A stretch of DNA of 64,000 nucleotides from Candidatus Giovannonibacteria bacterium (GCA_016176285.1 JACOXM010000001.1:5812-69811); one strand, 5' to 3'. Numbered from the stretch's first letter, positions 30,502-40,891 are shown. The notes: generated by a model not told the origin, from the letters alone. Numbers and translations: made by a program.

Positions 30502-31488
30502 TTAAACTATGCCGAAAGCCACTTTCTTGTATTCAGGGCAACTGGCGTCGTGTTTCGCGAAAATGAAATGCGTGTGAAGGTGCTTTATGGAGGAGCCACT
30601 ATATCGTGGATTTCCCTCGCGCATTGCGAATACTCCGCCGGGAGATCTGTATTCCACCTTTGCCCATTTCTCGAGCTTTAGGAGCTCGGTTCCGGCATCG
30701 TCGTGCATATCCAGGATAGATTCGATATGCCTGCCATGCGGATCCTTATAGATTGCGAGCAAATGCGGGCTCGTGTTTTCAAGAGGGAAAGTGTTGAAGG
30801 TTAATGTCCAATATTTCCACTCTTTGATCGTCTTTTCGATAAATCTTTTTCTGTACTCGGGGCAGAATGGACAAATTCCTTCATCTCGAATTCTGCGCAT
30901 ATGATCCAGCTGCTCTTGAGTTCGGCAATTCCAGAGCTCGACATAACTCGCTTTCCATGTAGCCCTTCTGAGTGTTCGGTAGGTGTAATCGAACTCATTT
31001 ACTTCATCGAAGCCATTTCTTTGAATCAAGATCGGTTCCCAGTCTGCTCGGTTTATCTTGGGAAAAAATTTGTCCCCATGGATTTTTGCATGAACCTCTG
31101 TTAGACAGAGCATATCCGCAAGCGGGAGAGTTTTTTCAAAGACTTCCTGGCCGCCTATGGCGCAAATCTCTTCTGTACCGGAAGCGATTTCGACAGCCTC
31201 TTCGATGGAGTCTGCTTTTACGCAAGGATGAGGCGCCGAAAAGCTGAATTTTTTAGAAAGCACAACGGTTTTCCGATCTCTGAAAAAAAACCTTCCGTAC
31301 TTGTTCCAGAGGATTTCGAAGGTCTTTCTGCCTGCGAGCAGGGTTTTTCCAAGCGTGAATTTTCTGAAAAGCGCCAAGTCCGCTTGTAAATTCCAAGGAA
31401 GCTTGCCTTTTGCGGAGATTACCCCATTTTCTGCTACGGCCGCGATCACGGATATATTAGGTCTTTCTAGATTAGGTCTTTCTAGCAT
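30502..31488 (-). CDS. folA: Dihydrofolate reductase fused to a C-terminal HIT (histidine triad) domain
   Basis: N-terminal ~170 aa DHFR (ISVIAAVAENGVISAKGKLPWNL...GRKTFE...IGGQEVF). C-terminal ~150 aa carries the CPFC zinc motif and the triad KHLHTHFIF. Confidence 0.7.
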   Translation of the reverse strand: MLERPNLERPNISVIAAVAENGVISAKGKLPWNLQADLALFRKFTLGKTLLAGRKTFEILWNKYGRFFFRDRKTVVLSKKFSFSAPHPCVKADSIEEAVEIASGTEEICAIGGQEVFEKTLPLADMLCLTEVHAKIHGDKFFPKINRADWEPILIQRNGFDEVNEFDYTYRTLRRATWKASYVELWNCRTQEQLDHMRRIRDEGICPFCPEYRKRFIEKTIKEWKYWTLTFNTFPLENTSPHLLAIYKDPHGRHIESILDMHDDAGTELLKLEKWAKVEYRSPGGVFAMREGNPRYSGSSIKHLHTHFIFAKHDASCPEYKKVAFGIV

Positions 31489-31588
31489 GTTATTATTCTC
31501 CTTTTCTTAAGAACTCAAATTGTATGAATACTATTACAAGATATGGATTTGTGCAATGCATATGTGCTAAAATCTTTCTCATAAGAAT

Positions 31589-32917
31589 ATGTGGAGATCT
31601 CGCGCACTAGCGGTTATTTTTTTGCTGATTGGGCTTTTTGCGGGCTTCTATGATGCCGCCTCTTTTAATTGGAAATTTTCTTCGCTCGCGCCTAATTTTA
31701 TGAAAAAGGAATTCAGCTTAGGCCCGGATTTGCAGGGAGGGATTAGCCTCGAATATAAAGCCGATACTTCCTCGATAGCTTCTTCTGAAAGGTCAGAGGC
31801 GATGGCGGGACTGCGCGATGTAATTGAAAATCGCGTAAATCTTTTCGGAGTCTCCGAGCCGATAATCCAGGTAAAAAAAATAGGGGACGATGACCGCCTT
31901 ATTGTGGAGCTTGCCGGAGTTTTTGATATAAATAACGCTATACAAATTATTGGAGAAACTCCTTATCTCGAATTCCGCGCGCTGGATCCGGCCGTTAGTT
32001 TGGATGAGCTTACAAAAAGGCAGGCCTCGGGGGATGTTGCCAGTTATATAAATTCGTTTGTTCCGACACAGCTTACGGGAAGATTTCTCGAAAAAGCGAT
32101 ACTTAGATACGACCAGACGGCGCTTGAATCTCTAGTTGCGCTTGATTTTAATAATGAGGGACAAAAACTTTTCTCCGAAATTACGAGAAATAATATCGGG
32201 AAGCCAGTCGCGATTTTTTTGGACGGCATTCCGATATCAACCCCTGTTGTAAAAGAAGAAATCACGCAGGGCGAGGCTGTTATTACCGGTCAATTTACAA
32301 GGCAGCAGGCGCAGGCTTTGGTAAGAAATTTGAATTCTGGCGCGCTTCCTGTTCCGATCTCGCTTTTAAAGGAAGAAACTAGGGGAGCGTATCTCGGCGC
32401 AGACACGCTTTCTAAGATGGTTCGCGCTGGCGTTTATGGATTGATCGGCGTCGCTTTATTTCTTTTGCTTTTTTACAGGCTCCCCGGGGTTATCGCGGTT
32501 TTAGCGCTTTTGATTTATACCTCGTTGGCGCTCGCGATATTTAAGATCTGGCCTATATATCTGACTTCCGCCGGAATCGCGGGCTTTATCTTATCCATAG
32601 GTATGGCGGTGGATGCAAACATTTTAATATTCGAAAGAACGAAAGAAGAATTAAGGGCGGGGAAATCTTTGCCAATGGCCGTTGAGGAGGGATTTTCACG
32701 GGCGTGGTTGTCTATCCGTGATTCAAACGTATCGAGTTTGATAACTGCTTTTATACTTTTCTGGCTTGGAAGCCAGAGCGTTTCGGGTTTCGCACTAACG
32801 CTTGGTTTGGGAATTGGGTTGAGTATGATCTCCGCGATAACCATTACGCGGACTTTCTTAAGGGCGCTTGAATTAAAAGACAGTAAAACTATGAGAAAAT
32901 TATATGGGGCTAGTTAG
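31589..32917 (+). CDS. secD: Protein translocase subunit SecD
   Basis: 442 aa. Periplasmic domain then 6 TM helices, including GFILSIGMAVDANILIFERTKEE. Confidence 0.9.
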   Translation: MWRSRALAVIFLLIGLFAGFYDAASFNWKFSSLAPNFMKKEFSLGPDLQGGISLEYKADTSSIASSERSEAMAGLRDVIENRVNLFGVSEPIIQVKKIGDDDRLIVELAGVFDINNAIQIIGETPYLEFRALDPAVSLDELTKRQASGDVASYINSFVPTQLTGRFLEKAILRYDQTALESLVALDFNNEGQKLFSEITRNNIGKPVAIFLDGIPISTPVVKEEITQGEAVITGQFTRQQAQALVRNLNSGALPVPISLLKEETRGAYLGADTLSKMVRAGVYGLIGVALFLLLFYRLPGVIAVLALLIYTSLALAIFKIWPIYLTSAGIAGFILSIGMAVDANILIFERTKEELRAGKSLPMAVEEGFSRAWLSIRDSNVSSLITAFILFWLGSQSVSGFALTLGLGIGLSMISAITITRTFLRALELKDSKTMRKLYGAS

Positions 32918-33800
32918 GGCTAGAAAATTTAGTTACGCGCTTTCGATTATTTTAATTTTAGCAAGCTTTGTATCCCTTTCTTTATATCGGCTGAAGCTCG
33001 GAATAGATTTTACGGGCGGATCATTGATCGAAATTCAATACGACGGCGCGCGGCCGGATATAAATTTGATTCATAATAAAATCGGGGCGCTTAATTTTGG
33101 GCAGGCAATAATACAGCCGACGGGGGACAGCGGCGTTTCCATAAAGACTCGCGAGCTTTCTACGGAAGAGCGGCAGGGGGTGATCGCGGAAGTTTCAGCG
33201 TTGGGCAGTGTTAGGGACGCGAGCGTAAATACAATCGGCCCGACCATAGGAAAGGAGCTCCGCGATCGTTCGATTTTGGCGATAATCCTGGTTTTAGTGG
33301 CGATAATTTTGTATGTATCCTGGGCGTTTAGGAAGGTATCGAAGCCGGTTTCATCCTGGTTTTACGGAATTTTCGCGGTTGTGGCGCTTTTCCACGATGT
33401 ATTTATTCCGCTCGGAGTTTTTTCACTTTTAGGAAAATTCAAAGGGGTTGAAATTGATACGCTTTTTGTGACCGCGATTTTAACGGTTTTAGGCTTCTCC
33501 GTGCACGACACGATTGTCGTTTTCGACAGAGTTCGGGAAAACTTGCGGCTTCCACATAAAGAAACTTTTGAAGAAACCGTTGGAAAATCTTTGAACCAGA
33601 CGCTGACGCGTTCTGTGAATACTTCGCTCACGGTTTTAATCGTTCTTGTAGCACTTTATTTTCTTGGGGCAGAGACCACGAAATATTTCGCGCTCACTCT
33701 TATTATTGGTATTGTCGCGGGGACATACTCCTCGATTTTTATAGCTTCGCCCCTGCTTGTGACTTGGAACAATTTCCGGGAAAAGCGAGCTTCAAGATAG
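32904..33800 (+). CDS. secF: Protein translocase subunit SecF
   Basis: GIDFTGGSLIEIQY. TM domain with VHDTIVVFDRVREN. 298 aa. Overlaps the secD stop. Confidence 0.9.
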   Translation: MGLVRARKFSYALSIILILASFVSLSLYRLKLGIDFTGGSLIEIQYDGARPDINLIHNKIGALNFGQAIIQPTGDSGVSIKTRELSTEERQGVIAEVSALGSVRDASVNTIGPTIGKELRDRSILAIILVLVAIILYVSWAFRKVSKPVSSWFYGIFAVVALFHDVFIPLGVFSLLGKFKGVEIDTLFVTAILTVLGFSVHDTIVVFDRVRENLRLPHKETFEETVGKSLNQTLTRSVNTSLTVLIVLVALYFLGAETTKYFALTLIIGIVAGTYSSIFIASPLLVTWNNFREKRASR

Positions 33801-33823
33801 TCTAGTCAGCGAGTAGCGTTAAC

Positions 33824-33866
33824 GCCTCGGTCTGAAATACAGTACGACCGGGGCTTTTAATTTTAT
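33824..33866 (+). terminator. Rho-independent terminator downstream of secF
   Basis: cctcggtc(33824-33831)/gaccgggg(33846-33853) with one G-U pair, then cttttaatttta. Confidence 0.5.
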
Positions 33867-33877
33867 TAAAATAAGAC

Positions 33878-33905
33878 TTGACAGGGGGAATACGTCCCCT
33901 ATAAT
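33878..33905 (+). promoter_or_regulatory. Consensus sigma70-type promoter upstream of rpoB (TTGACA-16-TATAAT)
   Basis: Perfect -35 TTGACA at 33878-33883 and perfect -10 TATAAT at 33900-33905. ~115-130 nt leader before rpoB. Confidence 0.6.
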
Positions 33906-34020
33906 GGGTATACGATTGAGTTTTGGAAGAATTACACGCCCTAAATTTTAAGGCCGGGTGAAAACCCATAAATCATAAATAACCTAATATAAGAAGCGAG
34001 CCTCTTAGCGTAAGGGGTTT

Positions 34021-37000
34021 TTGCTTGTTAATTTTATGCAAAAAAAATATTTTTCTAGCTATAGGGAATCACTCACTCCATTACCCCATCTTCCCGAGAT
34101 CCAACTGCAATCCTGGCAGTGGTTTTTGAAAGAGGGTGTGAAAGAACTCTTTAGGGAGTTTTCTCCGATAAAAGATTACGGAGGAGAGGATTTGGAATTG
34201 GAATTTTATGATTATGCCCTGGATGAGCCGAAGTATGACGAGTATCAGGCGAAAGCTCTTAACGCTTCTTTTGACGCGACTCTTCGCGTAAAGGTGCGCC
34301 TTACAAATAAGAAAACGGGGGAGATGAAGGAACAGGAAATTTTTCTAGCGGATATGCCGCTGATGACTCCCCGCGGGACTTTTATTGTGAATGGGGTGGA
34401 GAGGGTGATTGTTTCCCAGCTTGCGCGGTCTTTCGGAGTGTATTTCACGGCGAATTTTGTTCGGGGAAGAAAGTTTTTTGGGGCAAAAATTATTCCTTCT
34501 CGCGGCGCCTGGATTGAGCTTGAGTCGGATTTTGACGGCGCGATTTACGCGAGGATAGACAGGAAAAGAAAAATTCCGGCTACGTGCCTTTTGAGGATTT
34601 TTGGGCTAGGCACCAATGAAGAAATTTTGAATAAATTTAAAAAAGACGGAGGGGAGGCTGACCCATTGATAGTTAGAACGCTTGAAAAAGATTCCACAAA
34701 AAGCGCCGCGGATGCGTACATGGAAATTTATAAGCGCATCCGCCCAGGGGAACCGGCCACTGCAGAAACCGCTAAAGAACTTATTTCCGCGATGTTTTCA
34801 GAAGAAAGATATGACCTTTCCATTGTGGGTAGGTATAAATTGAACCAAAGGCTGGGGGATTCTTCCGCGCCAAACTCCAGGGTTTTGTCCGGCGACGATC
34901 TCGTAAAAATTATCCGGCATATTATTACATTAAATGCTATGCCCAACGCGGAAGCGGATGATGTGGATCATGTAGGGAATAGAAGAATACGCTCTTTAGG
35001 CGAATTGTTACAGCAAAGATTAAGAATCGGCATGACGAGGATGAAAAGAACTATCCAGGACAGAATGTCCACGCTTGACCAGACAACTTTGACGCCTGCG
35101 CATCTAATAAACGCGAGACCGTTCATGGCTATTTTGAAAGAGTTTTTCACTACAAACCAGCTTTCCCAGTTTATGAACCAGGTGAACATACTTTCGGAAC
35201 TCGAACACTTAAGGCGCCTCTCTGCGCTCGGCCCCGGCGGGCTAACGAGGGAGAGGGCGGGGTTTGAAGTGCGTGACGTGCACCCGTCCCATTACGGAAG
35301 AATTTGTCCTATTGAAACTCCCGAAGGACCGAACATCGGGCTTGTTGTGCATCTCGCAGGTTACGCCCGCGTGAATGAATATGGAATTTTAGAAACTCCG
35401 TACATGAAAGTTGAAAAGGGAGTAATTACGGGCGAAGTAAAATATATGACTGCATTCGAAGAAGCGAAATTCCATATTGCGCAGGCAAGCACAAAAGTAG
35501 ACGAGGCAGGGAAAATTCTTGTTGAAGAAACTGAAGGAAGATTAAACGGCGCTCCCGGAATTATGACGAGAGACCAGATAGATTACATGGAGGTAGCTCC
35601 CGAGCAGGCATTTTCCATCGCGACTTCATTGATTCCGTTTTTAGCCCACGATGATGCAAACCGCGCGATGATGGGTTCGAACATGCAGAGGCAGGCCGTA
35701 CCGTGCATAAGGCCGCAGGCACCTTTGGTGGCGACGGGAATCGAAGAAAGAGCCGCGAGAGATTCCGGCAGGCTTACTATTGCCGAAGAGGACGGAGTCG
35801 TAACAGGATTAGACGCTTCAAGGGTAGTAATTAAATCGAGTAAGAAAGAAACAACTTACCCGATTGTGAATTTTTTAAGATCAAACGATTTTACCGTAAT
35901 AAATCAGCGCCCGATCGTAAATCTCGGCGATGAAATTAAAAAAGGCGATGTGATAGCTGATACTTCGTCTTCTGAAAATGGAGTTTTGGCATTAGGGCAA
36001 AATCTTTTGGTGGCGTTTCTTTCCTGGGGAGGAGCGAATTATGAAGACGCCATAATTCTTTCCGAGCGCCTCGTAAAAAATGATGTTTTCAGCTCGATTC
36101 ACATCGAGGATTTTATAGTTGATGTGCGAGACACAAAACTTGGTCCGGAAATTACGACGCACGATATCCCAAATGTTTCCGAAGAAAAGTTGAAGGACTT
36201 GGATGAAGAGGGTGTAATCAGAGTTGGTGCCGAAGTAAGGGCGGGAGACATACTTGTCGGGAAAATCACTCCCAAGGGAGAGGTGGAATTAACCCCGGAA
36301 GAAAGGCTTTTGCGGGCTATTTTCGGAGAAAAAGCGAGAGATGTTAAGGATACTTCCTTAAGGCTTCCTCACGGAAAACAAGGGAGGATTGTTGGGATAA
36401 AAGTATTTTCAAGGGAGCGTGGAGATAAACTTGATACGGGCGTTATTAAGCGCGTTCAGGTTGAAGTAGCCCAGTTAAGGAAAATTTCCGTTGGGGACAA
36501 GCTTGCGGGAAGGCACGGGAACAAGGGAGTTATTTCAAAAATTCTTCCCGTGGAAGAGATGCCTTATCTCGAAGACGGAACGCCCGTGGATATAATTTTA
36601 AATCCTCTCGGTGTTGCTTCCCGAATGAATATAGGGCAGATTTTGGAAACTCACTTGGGCTGGGCGGCAAAAAATCTTGGGTACCAGGCGATAACTCCGG
36701 CATTGAATGGAGCAACGGAAGAAGAAATAAAAGAAGAGTTAAAAAAGGCTGGCCTTCCGGAGCATGGAAAGGTAAAGCTTTATGATGGAAGAACCGGAGA
36801 CACTTTTGACCAGGAGGTAACGGTGGGAATGATTTATATGATGAAGCTTATTCATATGGTGGAGGATAAAATCCACATGCGTTCTATCGGACCTTACTCG
36901 CTTATTACTCAGCAGCCGCTTGGAGGCAAGGCGCAGGGAGGAGGGCAGAGGTTTGGGGAAATGGAAGTATGGGCGCTTGAAGGTTATGGCGCGGCGCATA

Positions 37001-37236
37001 CTTTGCAGGAAATGCTTACAATAAAATCCGACGACGTTTTAGGGCGTGCGGCGGCTTACGATGCGATTGTCCGTGGAGAAAAATTCAAAAATCCCAACCT
37101 TCCGGCATCATTTCACGTCTTGATAAATGAACTTAAGGCTCTCGGTCTCGATGTGGACCTGAAGGGAGCAAAAGAAGAAATAGAAAAAAGCCAAAAGGCC
37201 GAACGGGGCAAGGACGACATAGTAATAAGAATTTAA
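34021..37236 (+). CDS. rpoB: DNA-directed RNA polymerase subunit beta (start may be ATG 34036)
   Basis: 1071 aa with conserved beta-subunit blocks throughout (GNRR..R..GEL, NMQRQAVP, GEMEVWALE...). ORF opens at TTG 34021; the first ATG (MQKKYF) is at 34036. Confidence 0.95.
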   Translation: MLVNFMQKKYFSSYRESLTPLPHLPEIQLQSWQWFLKEGVKELFREFSPIKDYGGEDLELEFYDYALDEPKYDEYQAKALNASFDATLRVKVRLTNKKTGEMKEQEIFLADMPLMTPRGTFIVNGVERVIVSQLARSFGVYFTANFVRGRKFFGAKIIPSRGAWIELESDFDGAIYARIDRKRKIPATCLLRIFGLGTNEEILNKFKKDGGEADPLIVRTLEKDSTKSAADAYMEIYKRIRPGEPATAETAKELISAMFSEERYDLSIVGRYKLNQRLGDSSAPNSRVLSGDDLVKIIRHIITLNAMPNAEADDVDHVGNRRIRSLGELLQQRLRIGMTRMKRTIQDRMSTLDQTTLTPAHLINARPFMAILKEFFTTNQLSQFMNQVNILSELEHLRRLSALGPGGLTRERAGFEVRDVHPSHYGRICPIETPEGPNIGLVVHLAGYARVNEYGILETPYMKVEKGVITGEVKYMTAFEEAKFHIAQASTKVDEAGKILVEETEGRLNGAPGIMTRDQIDYMEVAPEQAFSIATSLIPFLAHDDANRAMMGSNMQRQAVPCIRPQAPLVATGIEERAARDSGRLTIAEEDGVVTGLDASRVVIKSSKKETTYPIVNFLRSNDFTVINQRPIVNLGDEIKKGDVIADTSSSENGVLALGQNLLVAFLSWGGANYEDAIILSERLVKNDVFSSIHIEDFIVDVRDTKLGPEITTHDIPNVSEEKLKDLDEEGVIRVGAEVRAGDILVGKITPKGEVELTPEERLLRAIFGEKARDVKDTSLRLPHGKQGRIVGIKVFSRERGDKLDTGVIKRVQVEVAQLRKISVGDKLAGRHGNKGVISKILPVEEMPYLEDGTPVDIILNPLGVASRMNIGQILETHLGWAAKNLGYQAITPALNGATEEEIKEELKKAGLPEHGKVKLYDGRTGDTFDQEVTVGMIYMMKLIHMVEDKIHMRSIGPYSLITQQPLGGKAQGGGQRFGEMEVWALEGYGAAHTLQEMLTIKSDDVLGRAAAYDAIVRGEKFKNPNLPASFHVLINELKALGLDVDLKGAKEEIEKSQKAERGKDDIVIRI

Positions 37237-37240
37237 GAAT

Positions 37241-40200
37241 ATGGAAACAAAAGTAACAGATTTTAAATCGATTTCGATAAGGCTCGCTTCCCCCGAGAAA
37301 ATTTTGGCATGGTCCAGGGGGGAGGTAACTAAACCCGAGACTATAAATTACAGAACGCAAAGAGCGGAAAAGGACGGGCTTTTTGACGAGCGCATCTTCG
37401 GCCCGGAAAAAGATTACGAATGCTATTGCGGAAAATACAGGCGCATACGCTACAAGGGAATAGTTTGTGACAAGTGCGGAGTGGAAGTGACAAGATCCAT
37501 CGTAAGAAGGGAAAGGATGGGGCATATTAAACTTGCTTCGCCAGTTTCGCATATTTGGTTTTTGCGAGGAGTTCCATCGAGAGTGGGATTGGTTTTGGAT
37601 TTGTCTATTCCAGAGCTCGAGCGCGTAATATATTTTGCGGGATACATCATAACGAAGGTTGATGATAAAGCGAAAGAAGAAGCTTTGAGAGAGCTCGAAA
37701 GAGAATTTAAATCAAAGACCAAAAAATCGGAGATGAAGGAAAAAGACAAGTCCGGCTTGAAAGAAGCTTGGGATGCGGCAAAGAAAGAGCTCGACAGTAT
37801 AAGGCTGAGAAGGGTTTTATCGGAGGTGGAATATCACCGTCTGTCGCTCCGCTGGGGAGAGGTTTTTGAAGCGGGGATAGGAGCTGAAGCTTTGTATAAA
37901 ATTTGTAAAGACGTAAATATTACCGGACTTCGAAAAGAATTAGAGAAACTTGTGGATGAAACTGAAAATCCTCTCGCGAAGAAAAAAGTTACAAAAAGGC
38001 TTTCTCTTGTAAAATCCATAGAACGATCCGGTATTAGGCCGGAGTGGATGTTTTTAACCGTGATTCCGGTTTCGCCTCCGGCGCTGCGCCCAATGGTTCA
38101 GCTGGAGGGAGGAAGGCATGCCACATCCGATGTGAATGACCTTTATCGCAGAGTGATCAACAGAAATAACCGCCTTAAAAAACTTTTAGAGCTGAAGGCG
38201 CCGGAAGTAATCGTCAGAAATGAAAAAAGAATGCTGCAGGAAGCTGTGGATGCTCTTTTGGATAATTCGATCAGGCGCGGAATGGGTGCGGCAACTTCGC
38301 AGGCGCAAAAACGCCCACTGCGTTCGCTTGCTGATATGTTGAAGGGAAAACAGGGTAGGTTCAGACAAAACCTTTTAGGCAAGCGAGTCGATTATTCGGG
38401 ACGTTCGGTTATTGTAGTAGGCCCGGAATTAAAATTAAATCAGTGCGGACTTCCGAAGCATATGGCTTTGGAGCTCTTCCGTCCGTTTGTAATAAATAAG
38501 TTGATACAGGGCGGACTCGCGCATAATATCCGCTCTGCAAACAGATTGATTGACGAAGCTACCCCCGACGTTTGGGCAATTTTGGAAGATGTTATTAAGG
38601 GAAGATATGTTTTATTAAACCGCGCGCCGACACTTCACAGACTTGGGATTCAGGCATTCCAACCTGTGTTAATCGAAGGAAACGCAATCCAGATCCATCC
38701 TCTAGTTTGTTCCGCTTTTAATGCGGATTTTGATGGCGACCAAATGGCGGTTCACGTTCCGTTAACCGAAGAAGCGCAAAAGGAAGCCGCGGAAATAATG
38801 GCCGCTACTAGGAATCTATTAAAGCCTGGCACTTCCGACCCGACTGTCACTCCTTCGCAGGATATGGTCATCGGATGTTACTGGCTTACTAAGTTAAGAA
38901 ACAACGCTGTGGGCGAGGGAAAAATTTTTTCCAACCCCAATGAGGCAATTCTGGCATATGACAACGGCATCCTTGATTTGAAGGCAAAAGTTAAAGTTAA
39001 ATCCACCCCTACGCCTAAATATAAAAAATTCGAAGGTGGAATATTTGAGACAAGCGTGGGAAGGCTTTTATTCAACTCGGTTCTCCCGGAAGACTTCGAG
39101 TTTATGAATGAGGATATTAAAAAGAAAACACTCGAAAAAATTGTGTCGAAATTGATTGTCAGTTACGGGATGGAAAAAGTCGCTCCTATTTTGGACAAGA
39201 TAAAAGCTTTTGGATACCGCTATGCGACTGTTTCTGGTATTTCCTGGGGAATGGACGACTTAAAAGTCCCTGCCCAAAAAGAGGGTATCGTGAAAGAAGC
39301 TGAAGCGGAAGCCAAGAAAGTTGAGGAACAATATGAAGAGGGTCTTTTAACGGACGAAGAAAGATATGACAAGGTTATCGCGATTTGGGCGGAGGTAAAA
39401 AGAAAGGTAGACGAGCTCGTCCCGAAACTTTTGAGCGAGGAGGGCCCCATCCATTTGATGGTTTCATCCGCTGCCAGAGGCACGTGGACGCAGGTGACGC
39501 AGATGACGGGCATGAAGGGGCTTGTAAGGAACCCTGCGGGACGCACGATTGAGCTCCCGATTTTATCTTCATACAAAGAAGGATTGAATGCGCTCCAATA
39601 CTTTATTTCCACGCACGGCGCGAGAAAGGGAACGGCGGATACAGCGCTAAAAACCGCTCATGCCGGATATTTGACAAGAAGGCTCGTTGACGTGGCGCAG
39701 GAATTAATAATCAGAGAGGACGATTGCAAGGATACTGTCGGATTCAAAATAGTAAGAAAAGAAGTTGAGCAATATGGAAAATCATTCGGTGCGAGAATTT
39801 ATGGAAGAGTTTTGGCGCAAGACGTTAAGGGCGAAGGCGGAAAAGTTATTTTCAAAAAAGGGCAACTCTTGAGCCACGAAGACACGGCCGTTATCGATAG
39901 TTCCGGAGTTGATTATGTCATTATCCGTTCCCCGATTTCCTGCAAAACTTTGCGTGGAATATGCAAAATGTGCTACGGACACGACCTTGGGACGGGGGCC
40001 TTGGTTAGGGAAGGAGAAGCCGTTGGTATTGTTGCTGCGCAAGCAATTGGAGAGCCAGGAACACAGCTTACGATGCGTACGTTCCATGTGGGAGGTGTTG
40101 CTGGGGCATCTGACATTACGATGGGTCTTCCCAGAATCGAAGAAATTTTTGAATTAAGGGCCCCAAAAAATGTGGCCACTCTTTCGGATATTGATGGAAC

Positions 40201-40891
40201 CGTTATTGAAATAGGAGATAAGGGAAGAGAAAGAATTGTTAAAGTTTTAATTAATGAGAATGGCAAGAAATCAAAAGAAGAAATAAAGGAATTTGTAATT
40301 CCTTTCGGGCGAACTCTTCTAGTTTCCGAGGGAAAAGAAATTAAAAAAGGCGAACCTCTTTGCGAGGGGCCGATTGATATAAAAGAATTATTCCAGCTAT
40401 CCGGAGCGCTCGTCGGGCAAAATTACGTAATTGCTGAAGTCGGTAGAATTTACTCTCTGCAGGGAGCTTCTATAAACGATAAGCACGTTGAAGTTATCGT
40501 GAGCCAGATGTTTTCAAGGTTAAGAATTAAAGATTCCGGAGACACGAGGTTTGCGGTCGGCGATGTGGTTGAAAGGGGAGAATTTCTTGAAGAAAACGCG
40601 AGGGTTTCTCCAAAGGGGAAGACCGCGGAGGGCGGAGGGATTGTGATGGGAATTACCAAAACAGCACTTTCCACCTCCAGCTTCTTGGCCGCGGCTTCTT
40701 TCCAGGAAACTACGCGCGTGCTTATAACTTCGTCGCTTGAATCAAAAGAAGACAAACTTCACGGACTTAAAGAAAATGTCATCATTGGTAGACTAATCCC
40801 AGCTGGAACCGGATACAGAAAAGATTATGAAGTGCGGGAGGATGAATCGCTGGAGGAAGAAACCGAGGAAGTCAGGAGCAAGGGCAAATAA
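37241..40891 (+). CDS. rpoC: DNA-directed RNA polymerase subunit beta'
   Basis: 1216 aa. Zinc motif CYCGKYRRIRYKGIVCDKCG. Catalytic NADFDGDQMAVH. Trigger loop and bridge-helix regions. Confidence 0.95.
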   Translation: METKVTDFKSISIRLASPEKILAWSRGEVTKPETINYRTQRAEKDGLFDERIFGPEKDYECYCGKYRRIRYKGIVCDKCGVEVTRSIVRRERMGHIKLASPVSHIWFLRGVPSRVGLVLDLSIPELERVIYFAGYIITKVDDKAKEEALRELEREFKSKTKKSEMKEKDKSGLKEAWDAAKKELDSIRLRRVLSEVEYHRLSLRWGEVFEAGIGAEALYKICKDVNITGLRKELEKLVDETENPLAKKKVTKRLSLVKSIERSGIRPEWMFLTVIPVSPPALRPMVQLEGGRHATSDVNDLYRRVINRNNRLKKLLELKAPEVIVRNEKRMLQEAVDALLDNSIRRGMGAATSQAQKRPLRSLADMLKGKQGRFRQNLLGKRVDYSGRSVIVVGPELKLNQCGLPKHMALELFRPFVINKLIQGGLAHNIRSANRLIDEATPDVWAILEDVIKGRYVLLNRAPTLHRLGIQAFQPVLIEGNAIQIHPLVCSAFNADFDGDQMAVHVPLTEEAQKEAAEIMAATRNLLKPGTSDPTVTPSQDMVIGCYWLTKLRNNAVGEGKIFSNPNEAILAYDNGILDLKAKVKVKSTPTPKYKKFEGGIFETSVGRLLFNSVLPEDFEFMNEDIKKKTLEKIVSKLIVSYGMEKVAPILDKIKAFGYRYATVSGISWGMDDLKVPAQKEGIVKEAEAEAKKVEEQYEEGLLTDEERYDKVIAIWAEVKRKVDELVPKLLSEEGPIHLMVSSAARGTWTQVTQMTGMKGLVRNPAGRTIELPILSSYKEGLNALQYFISTHGARKGTADTALKTAHAGYLTRRLVDVAQELIIREDDCKDTVGFKIVRKEVEQYGKSFGARIYGRVLAQDVKGEGGKVIFKKGQLLSHEDTAVIDSSGVDYVIIRSPISCKTLRGICKMCYGHDLGTGALVREGEAVGIVAAQAIGEPGTQLTMRTFHVGGVAGASDITMGLPRIEEIFELRAPKNVATLSDIDGTVIEIGDKGRERIVKVLINENGKKSKEEIKEFVIPFGRTLLVSEGKEIKKGEPLCEGPIDIKELFQLSGALVGQNYVIAEVGRIYSLQGASINDKHVEVIVSQMFSRLRIKDSGDTRFAVGDVVERGEFLEENARVSPKGKTAEGGGIVMGITKTALSTSSFLAAASFQETTRVLITSSLESKEDKLHGLKENVIIGRLIPAGTGYRKDYEVREDESLEEETEEVRSKGK

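Noticed and set aside
31489-31588. Divergent promoter between folA-HIT and secD (ttgtgc...taaaat)
   Set aside because: The candidate -35/-10 pairs have 13- or 28-nt spacers. This is not convincing enough to annotate.
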